DNA from: Patescibacteria group bacterium
Lineage (GTDB): Bacteria > Patescibacteriota > Microgenomatia > UBA10105 > UBA927
Assembly: GCA_023379025.1 (NCBI GenBank)
Contig: JAMCTH010000005.1
Coordinates: forward strand, 20,663 to 84,662
Reading direction: 5' to 3'
Length of the DNA: 64,000 bases
The notes under the pieces are model-generated. The model ran no database searches. It was given only the letters and a program-made list of their open reading frames with translations, and was not told where the DNA came from. A program made the translations under genes and the position numbers. This document shows positions 57,510 through 64,000 of the stretch, in pieces (the stretch's first letter is position 1; each line of letters opens with the position of its first letter).

Positions 57510-58954
57510 AGTATACCGCGTTTTACCCGTTTCTGCCCGTATACCAGCCTGGATGCGATGGCGCGGCTCCAGACATAGATGTCGCCTGCTCCCATGCATA
57601 TGACGACCGTATGATGAAGATCTGTTGAAAATAAATAGTTCTCCACATCTTCGGGCGCTTCGCCATACCGGACTCTGTGGTGATAAAGAGCGGTTTGACG
57701 GTACAATTGCCGGCCGGAAACGCCGCGCTGTTTTTTTTCCCGTGCCGAAGCATAGATATCGGTTATGATCACCTCGTCCGCATCTTTGAATGACCGGGCG
57801 AACCCGTCAAGGAGTGCGGCGGTCCGCGAGTAAGTATGAGGCTGGAATACCGCAATAATGTGCTGACCGGGAAACCAGTTCCTTGCGCCTCTCAGCGTAG
57901 CGGCTATTTCCCTCGGGTGATGGGCATAATCGTCATACATCCAAAAGCTCCCTCTGTGCGCAAGAAGTTCAAAACGGCGAAGCGTCCCGCCGAAACGTCC
58001 GAGACCCTCACGGATTTTGCGTTTCCCGACGCCGCAACGCTCGGTAGCGACAGCCGCAAGCGCCGCATTGGTTACATTATGCATGCCGGGAACCGCGATA
58101 CGGTAGCGACCTGCAGCTTTACCCTTTCCCAAGAGACGGAATGACGTTTTTCCGCGGGAAAACCTGACCTCCTGTATCCGGTAGGTGGCGCCCGGCTTTT
58201 TCCCTACCGAAACGGCGGAAATGGTTTTCCCGCCGAGTGAGGCAGACCAGCGGTCATCCGCCGATACGATGAGCGTTCCGTCCTTCGGCATGCGGTCGCG
58301 GAGCTTTCTGAATGCACGGATCACGTCGTGTACCGAACCGTACGCATCCGGGTGGTCATAATCGATATTGGTCACGACCAAAACATCCGGGCGCTGCCAT
58401 AAAAACCGGGGTGTCCGGTCATGACCGGGATCCGTCACGTATTCGTCCGCTTCCGCGACAAAGCATACCCCTTTGCCGTAATGACCGGCGGCTCCGATCG
58501 GCCGGATATTGCCGCATCCGATCGCATAGGACGGGTCGAGTCCTGCACCGACCAAAATTGTGGCGATCATTGCCGAGGTTGTGGTCTTCCCGTGACTGCC
58601 GGCAACCGAGATTTGTGTCGCCCCGCTCATATACTGTCCCAGTGCTTGGGCGTGGGAAAGAACCGGAATACCCTCCGCTATTGCCTCATTTACTTCGGGG
58701 TTAGAACGACCGCCATGGGCCCCGGTGTAGATGACGAGATCGGGGTGTTCTTCGGAAATATGCTTCCGGTCAAAGCCCCTCCGCCATAAAATACCGTGAT
58801 CCGACAGTTCCTGATCCGACGGAAACACTTCGTCCCGGTCACTGCCGGAAACACGGTTGCCGCGCTCTTTACAATAGACGGCAAGGGCAGCCATAGCTAT
58901 CCCCTTGATGCCCGTAAAATAAATTTTCAATCGTTTATGCGCCCACTCTGTCAT
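57506..58954 (-). CDS. murC: UDP-MurNAc-L-alanine ligase
   Basis: GIKGIAM, GSHGKTTT, EADEY, DYDH.D, DDYAHHP, FQPHTYSRT. Confidence 0.96.
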   Translation of the reverse strand: MTEWAHKRLKIYFTGIKGIAMAALAVYCKERGNRVSGSDRDEVFPSDQELSDHGILWRRGFDRKHISEEHPDLVIYTGAHGGRSNPEVNEAIAEGIPVLSHAQALGQYMSGATQISVAGSHGKTTTSAMIATILVGAGLDPSYAIGCGNIRPIGAAGHYGKGVCFVAEADEYVTDPGHDRTPRFLWQRPDVLVVTNIDYDHPDAYGSVHDVIRAFRKLRDRMPKDGTLIVSADDRWSASLGGKTISAVSVGKKPGATYRIQEVRFSRGKTSFRLLGKGKAAGRYRIAVPGMHNVTNAALAAVATERCGVGKRKIREGLGRFGGTLRRFELLAHRGSFWMYDDYAHHPREIAATLRGARNWFPGQHIIAVFQPHTYSRTAALLDGFARSFKDADEVIITDIYASAREKKQRGVSGRQLYRQTALYHHRVRYGEAPEDVENYLFSTDLHHTVVICMGAGDIYVWSRAIASRLVYGQKRVKRGIL

Positions 58955-58957
58955 AGG

Positions 58958-59758
58958 TCACTCTGATTCCCCCGCACGCATCCCGATGATATTCAGCTGT
59001 TCACCGAACTTCTCATGGCCATCTCTTCGGAACGAATAAAAGCCCCGGTCGCATGCCGTACATCCCGGATATCGCTCTATTGCTTCAGCAGCCACCCCTT
59101 CCTCGTTAAGCTGCCGCATGATAACCGTTTCGAGGGAAAGACAGTGTTTGCCGTCTCCTGCATGCGATACGGCATCTCCGTACCCCGCATCACGGAAAGC
59201 ATCCGACCGGTCTTTTGGGATATGGTAACAACACCGCCGGATGTGCGGACCTATAACCACCCTGATGTCGCCGGCAGGAGCGCCGAGATCGTTCATGCGG
59301 CTGATAAGCTTCCCTGCGATGTTTCCGAGCGTTCCGCGCCATCCGGCATGGGCTGCGCCGATGATACCGGCAGATGCATAGGAAAGAATCGGCACGCAAT
59401 CTGCCGTCCGGATCCCCAAAAATATCCCGTGGCTCGCGCGTTGTGAACGGTCAGCGACCATACCGTCAACACGGTCTAAATCCGATTGCCCGGGTATCCC
59501 GTTTCCGGAAAATACTGCAACCGCCGTGCCGTGCGGCTGACCGGCCGTATAGCATATATCCCCGGCATCCATACACATACGATAAAATTTCCGTCTGGCG
59601 GCATCAGCGCGCATGTCCCCCAAAGCACGAACGGAAAACGCATGGGTAAGACCCGGTATGCCGGACAGCAAACGCGACGTAAGATACCCGGATGGGTGCG
59701 TCATAAACATGCGGTTACCTCTTTTTCCGGAGCGCCTTCCCGGCTTCCTCAACATCAC
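58958..59758 (-). CDS. pgeF: PgeF/YfiH (laccase-domain) peptidoglycan editing factor
   Basis: Q.HG, TADCVP, HAGWRG, GP.I..CCY, CT.C...FYSFRR. Start probably nearer 59710. Confidence 0.88.
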   Translation of the reverse strand: MMLRKPGRRSGKRGNRMFMTHPSGYLTSRLLSGIPGLTHAFSVRALGDMRADAARRKFYRMCMDAGDICYTAGQPHGTAVAVFSGNGIPGQSDLDRVDGMVADRSQRASHGIFLGIRTADCVPILSYASAGIIGAAHAGWRGTLGNIAGKLISRMNDLGAPAGDIRVVIGPHIRRCCYHIPKDRSDAFRDAGYGDAVSHAGDGKHCLSLETVIMRQLNEEGVAAEAIERYPGCTACDRGFYSFRRDGHEKFGEQLNIIGMRAGESE

Positions 59759-60941
59759 TCCAGGGTATTTCCCTCCTGCCCCGGCAGAGACTTTGTTCGT
59801 GTCCCTTTCCCGTTATAAGCACGAGATCGCCCGGTCTGGCCGACCCGATGGCAAACACCACGGCATCCCTGCGCTGTCCCAACCTGTATACCGTTTTTCC
59901 TTCCGGTATACCGCCCGCGATCTCGTTCATAATGGTCTCGACGTTTTCTGTCCGGTAATCCTCTTCCGTCAGCACGATGATATCGGAAAAACGCGCGGAC
60001 GCCTGCCCCATAAGCGGCCGTTTGCTCCGGTCCCGAAGACCCGCGCTTCCGAAGACATGGATAAGCCGTTTCTTCGTCAATGTTCGCACGGTACGCAGTA
60101 CCTGCAACAGTGCATTCGGTGTGTGGGCAAAATCGACAATAACCCAAAACGGTTTTTTCTGCACGACCTCGAGCCTTCCCTTTACTCCTTCAAAAGACGC
60201 AATTGCTTTTCTGGCGATACCCATGTCAATACCAAGGGCCCCGGCCGCCGCAAGCGCCGCAAGACAATTGTATCTGTTAAACTCACCGGGTAGTTCCGTC
60301 GTAAACGGTACCGTTTCGGGGTTTATTTTTGCTTCCCTTCTGATTCCGTACGAAAAAAAGCGTTTATTGCGGAGAAAGGGGGCCGCGCGGGTATATGTTT
60401 CCGCATCATCCCGGTTGATAACGGCAATAGCCGCGCGCCGGAGCAACGACAGCTTGGCGGCCCGGTAGTGTTCCATGGTTTTATGCCAGTCAAGATGCTC
60501 GTGCGTGACGTTTGTCAGTACACCCACGGCAAACGGAATACCGAACACCCTATGCTGTGAGAGTCCGTGAGACGTCACCTCAAGGACAACATGCGTATCG
60601 CCGTGATCGACCGCCTTACGCAGATACCGCTGTACCGCAAAAGAATCGGGTGTCGTGACATGGAAGCCGGTGTCGTATACGCGGCCGCCTACGACCGCAT
60701 GGACCGAGGTGATCATGGATGCCCGGATCCCGGCCGCTTTCAGAATCGTGTAGATGAGCGTTGCGGTTGTTGTTTTACCGTCGGTCCCCGTGACGCCGAT
60801 GACCGTCAATCGCCGGCCCGGAAACCGGAACCAGAGGACGGCAAAGAGCGCAATGAAGAAATGATACAGCCCTTTTAGGCTCCGGAGCATACGGTCAATT
60901 ATAGCACGCATAAACGCCCCAAGTCGAACCCGTACCTGCAA
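59715..60941 (-). CDS. murE: UDP-MurNAc-tripeptide synthetase
   Basis: GVTGTDGKTTT, TTPD, EVTSHG, HLDWH, DFAHTP, GKGHE. Confidence 0.93.
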   Translation of the reverse strand: MQVRVRLGAFMRAIIDRMLRSLKGLYHFFIALFAVLWFRFPGRRLTVIGVTGTDGKTTTATLIYTILKAAGIRASMITSVHAVVGGRVYDTGFHVTTPDSFAVQRYLRKAVDHGDTHVVLEVTSHGLSQHRVFGIPFAVGVLTNVTHEHLDWHKTMEHYRAAKLSLLRRAAIAVINRDDAETYTRAAPFLRNKRFFSYGIRREAKINPETVPFTTELPGEFNRYNCLAALAAAGALGIDMGIARKAIASFEGVKGRLEVVQKKPFWVIVDFAHTPNALLQVLRTVRTLTKKRLIHVFGSAGLRDRSKRPLMGQASARFSDIIVLTEEDYRTENVETIMNEIAGGIPEGKTVYRLGQRRDAVVFAIGSARPGDLVLITGKGHEQSLCRGRREIPWSDVEEAGKALRKKR

Positions 60942-60952
60942 TCTTTCGTCGG

Positions 60953-62626
60953 TTACTGTGGCGGGATACCGTAGTAGGAAAAGAGATCATCGGCGATCCT
61001 GAAAAATACCGGTGCTGCGGTTTCCGACCCCCAGATCGATGCCGTCGGCTCCGAAAGGGTAACCAGCATCACAAACTTCGGATCGTCCGCAGGGGCAAAT
61101 CCCACAAACGATGCTATGGTCTTTTGCGCATCGTAGTGCCCTGCAACAGGAACCTGGGCGGTTCCGGTTTTCCCTGCGATTCTGTATCCGGCGGGTTTGG
61201 CCCATTTAGCTTCTCCCTTGTCAACGGCCGCGATCATCATCTCCGTCATGATATGGGCCGCTGATGTGCTTATCACCTGACGTATGCGTTTGGGGGGTAT
61301 CGGGATGACTTTTCCGCGGCTGTCCGTAATCGTTTTGACGACATGCGGCTCCATAAGCCAGCCGCCGTTGGCAAGAGCGGCAACAGCGCGCACCATCTGA
61401 AGCGGGGTCACGGCAATTCCCTGACCGAAGGACGCCGTGGCAAGATCGATATCCGCCCATGCATTGTCCGGCCGGAGTTCCGGTGAAGCCTCATCCTCGA
61501 GATCTACTCCCGTCGGCACTCCGAATCCGAACGCGTGAATAAGCGAAAGCATCCGGTCCCGTCCGAGGAGACGCTCTATGGCTACCATGCCGACGTTTGA
61601 TGAGTATTCGAGGACCTGCGTCGTTGTGATCTGGCCATGGTATTGATTATTCCATGTCCTGATGAAATATCCCGCAACAGGAACCGGGCCCGTTTCCGGA
61701 ACCTTCGTATCCGGCGTGACGAGTTTTGCATTTATGGCCGTGCCCATAACCAGCACCTTAAACGTAGAGCCGGGTTCGTAGGAACCTGCAACGATCGGAT
61801 TTTTATACACATCCCTGCTGTACTCCCCGAAATTACCGGGGTCATAATTAGGAAACGATGCCATAGCTAAGACCCCGCCGGTTTTCGGATCGAGTATGGT
61901 TACGGTACCGGATTTGGCACCGTACTGTTCGATCCCCTCTTTGAGCCGTTTCTCTGCAATATACTGAACCGTTCGGTCAAGCCATAGCGTAAGATCACGG
62001 CCGTCCTGGGGCTCAATGCGCTCGCTGTCTCCGATAAGGATCGGTGCTCCGCGGACATCCTTTTCCATTCTGAGCTCCCCGTCCTTGCCGCGGAGTTCGC
62101 GGTCATAATACCCTTCCAGTCCGAAATATCCTTTATCCTTGCCGTCCGTATCCGAGCCGACAAACCCCAAAAGCTGCGCGGCCATCGAGCTTTCCGGATA
62201 ATATCTTCTCGACTCGTTTTCAAACCCAAGGCCGTCCAGATGAAGCGCCTTCAGGGTTGCTGCGGTTGCGTCGTCCACTTTATGGGCCAGGGGAATCCAG
62301 ACTCTTCCCGGCTGGCTCAACTCACGCGCAAGGTTCGTCTCGTCTCTTCCGAAAATTCCGGACACCCCGCGGGAAAACAAAGGAATATTGTTGATCTTTC
62401 CTGGTTCGGCATAGACCAGATGTCCGATTTCATTCATGGCTAGGGGGTTGCCGTCTGAAGCAAAGATACTGCCTCTTAACGCCGGAAGCGTAAGTTCCGC
62501 ATAGTACTGAGCCTCAGCCGCGAGGCGCAGACTATCGGCGGCAACAACCTGCCAGTAAAAGAGCCTGAGAAAGATGACGGCATAAACGATAAGAATGATC
62601 GTAAACAGTATCCGGATTCTCCACAT
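60953..62626 (-). CDS. ftsI: class B penicillin-binding protein (FtsI-like)
   Basis: N-terminal TM, RG.I, RRYYP, STFK, SSN, KTG. Confidence 0.92.
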   Translation of the reverse strand: MWRIRILFTIILIVYAVIFLRLFYWQVVAADSLRLAAEAQYYAELTLPALRGSIFASDGNPLAMNEIGHLVYAEPGKINNIPLFSRGVSGIFGRDETNLARELSQPGRVWIPLAHKVDDATAATLKALHLDGLGFENESRRYYPESSMAAQLLGFVGSDTDGKDKGYFGLEGYYDRELRGKDGELRMEKDVRGAPILIGDSERIEPQDGRDLTLWLDRTVQYIAEKRLKEGIEQYGAKSGTVTILDPKTGGVLAMASFPNYDPGNFGEYSRDVYKNPIVAGSYEPGSTFKVLVMGTAINAKLVTPDTKVPETGPVPVAGYFIRTWNNQYHGQITTTQVLEYSSNVGMVAIERLLGRDRMLSLIHAFGFGVPTGVDLEDEASPELRPDNAWADIDLATASFGQGIAVTPLQMVRAVAALANGGWLMEPHVVKTITDSRGKVIPIPPKRIRQVISTSAAHIMTEMMIAAVDKGEAKWAKPAGYRIAGKTGTAQVPVAGHYDAQKTIASFVGFAPADDPKFVMLVTLSEPTASIWGSETAAPVFFRIADDLFSYYGIPPQ

Positions 62627-62659
62627 AGGCTGGTATCCGTACAGTGTAACACGAAGACA

Positions 62660-62953
62660 TTAGCGGATGTTCTGAAGTGCCACCTGCTCCTCGCCGAGAG
62701 AGAGGTATGTGGGTGTTGCCGTAAAACCCATTGCCGCGGCTTTTGCTTCAATTGTCAGAAGAGAGCTTGCAGATGCTACTTTTTGGCTTAACAGCTCGTT
62801 TTCCGTCCGGAGCGTTTCGATATCGCTATCAAGCTGCATGGCGTTCCGGCTCATGCCGGCAAATTCGTTACTCAAACCGATCTCAACAACGACCAGCACC
62901 GCCGCAATGAGCGGCATGACACTGAATATGATTTTTATGCCCTTTTGTATCAT
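62660..62953 (-). CDS. FtsL-like protein
   Basis: TM plus coiled coil ending IEAKAAAMGF; between rsmH and ftsI. Confidence 0.7.
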   Translation of the reverse strand: MIQKGIKIIFSVMPLIAAVLVVVEIGLSNEFAGMSRNAMQLDSDIETLRTENELLSQKVASASSLLTIEAKAAAMGFTATPTYLSLGEEQVALQNIR

Positions 62954-63834
62954 AGTTTTTCCGCAACGCGCAGTTTTGCGCTTCTTGCACGTCTATTCTG
63001 AGACAGTTCCCGGGCATTTGGTGTCAGCGGTTTTTTCGTTACCATGTGCCACGGACCGGTGCGCATTTCCTGTTTGACCATACGGTCTTCCAGCGAATGA
63101 AAACTCAAAACGACCAGTCTTCCGCCACGCTTTACGAGTACCCGCGATCCCTCAAGACCTTCCCTGAGCGCTCCCATTTCGTCGTTTACCGCGATCCTGA
63201 GCGCCTGATAAACCCTCGCGGCAATCCCGGGAATTTCCGCAATGTGGTGACCCGCATCCTTCACTATTGCCATGAGTCCGTCTGCCGTTTTCACCGGTCT
63301 TACCGAACGGGCGCGCACAATACCATGAGCAATGCGCCGAGCAGACTGTTCTTCACCATATGTTGCCAGAATTTCATACAAGTCATCCTCCGACAGACGG
63401 CGTAGTAGTGATTCCCCTGTTTCACCGCTCGTTCTGTCAAACCGAAGATCAATAGGTGCATCAGGAAACCGATAACTGAATCCCCGCTCTTTGGTATCGA
63501 GCTCAAAGCTCGATACCCCGAGATCAAACAGCATTCCTTCCACGTTCTCCCATCCGGTATCTTTGGCTATGGTCACCACATTGCGGAAATTCCCTTTTAC
63601 GATAATCCAGTCTTTCCCTTCCTCCGCTTCGGGTCGTACCCTGCGTAGGTTCCTCCGCGCTTCCGCAACCGCATCGGCATCCGCGTCGATCCCCAGCACT
63701 ATGCCACCCTGTTCCACAATACCCAGAGCGTGTCCTCCACCCCCTGCCGTTGCATCTATATACCGCTTCCCTCTCCGAATACCTAGGGCGTCAATAACTT
63801 CTTTTGCCAGTACCGGCGTATGAAATGTGCTCAT
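62950..63834 (-). CDS. rsmH: 16S rRNA m4C1402 methyltransferase
   Basis: HTPVL, DAT.GGGGH, DLGVSS, QALRIAVN, SFHSLEDR, RSAKLR. Confidence 0.97.
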   Translation of the reverse strand: MSTFHTPVLAKEVIDALGIRRGKRYIDATAGGGGHALGIVEQGGIVLGIDADADAVAEARRNLRRVRPEAEEGKDWIIVKGNFRNVVTIAKDTGWENVEGMLFDLGVSSFELDTKERGFSYRFPDAPIDLRFDRTSGETGESLLRRLSEDDLYEILATYGEEQSARRIAHGIVRARSVRPVKTADGLMAIVKDAGHHIAEIPGIAARVYQALRIAVNDEMGALREGLEGSRVLVKRGGRLVVLSFHSLEDRMVKQEMRTGPWHMVTKKPLTPNARELSQNRRARSAKLRVAEKL

Positions 63835-64000
63835 ACGACCTCAAGTTTTGCCGAGTACTCGCTCCACTGCACCTTATCCCACAGTTCGAAATGATCTCCG
63901 GCCCCCACTACAACTACCTCTTTCCGGATACATGCGTATTCCTTGAGCTGGGCAGGCAAGAGAATACGGCCAAGCTTGTCTATTTCAACCTTTTCGGCTC
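63831..64000 (-). CDS. mraZ: MraZ (C-terminal part; 5' end outside the window)
   Basis: Manual translation AEKVEIDKLGRILLPAQLKEYA...VVVGAGDHFELWD; ATGA overlap with rsmH. Confidence 0.92.
   Translation of the reverse strand, partial: AEKVEIDKLGRILLPAQLKEYACIRKEVVVVGAGDHFELWDKVQWSEYSAKLEVV

Overview
Chromosomal segment of a reduced-genome bacterium. Gene content and gene order suggest Patescibacteria/CPR, probably Microgenomates (inference). Left to right it holds a degenerate GGDEF gene coupled to gatCAB, murT-gatD, htpX-lemA, polX/PHP, tRNA-Asp, a LysM protein, tRNA-Gly with an integrated AbrB-VapC islet, tRNA-Thr, a surface-glycan glycosyltransferase cluster, a secreted PT-linker lipase, tRNA-Val, lepB, an rodA-rplU-methyltransferase-rpmA-parB run, a T-box-controlled ileS, an ABC transporter, a 2.9-kb accessory island and an expanded dcw cluster (ftsZ to mraZ). 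I found no rRNA, CRISPR, integrase or transposase. Most notable signals: (1) several unrelated families of 14-57 nt palindromes and 7-nt periodic repeats sit both between genes and in frame inside housekeeping genes, some adding residues and some apparently overwriting codons; (2) the island after ftsZ is divided by three direct copies of a double palindrome about 1.4 kb apart, and carries a decayed copy of the ftsZ 3' end and a candidate structured RNA; (3) a short-Stem-I ileS T-box precedes an IleRS2 with a swapped GVHH signature motif; (4) many genes have extended -10 promoters with almost no leader. Protein calls come from motifs recognised by eye; no database searches were run.
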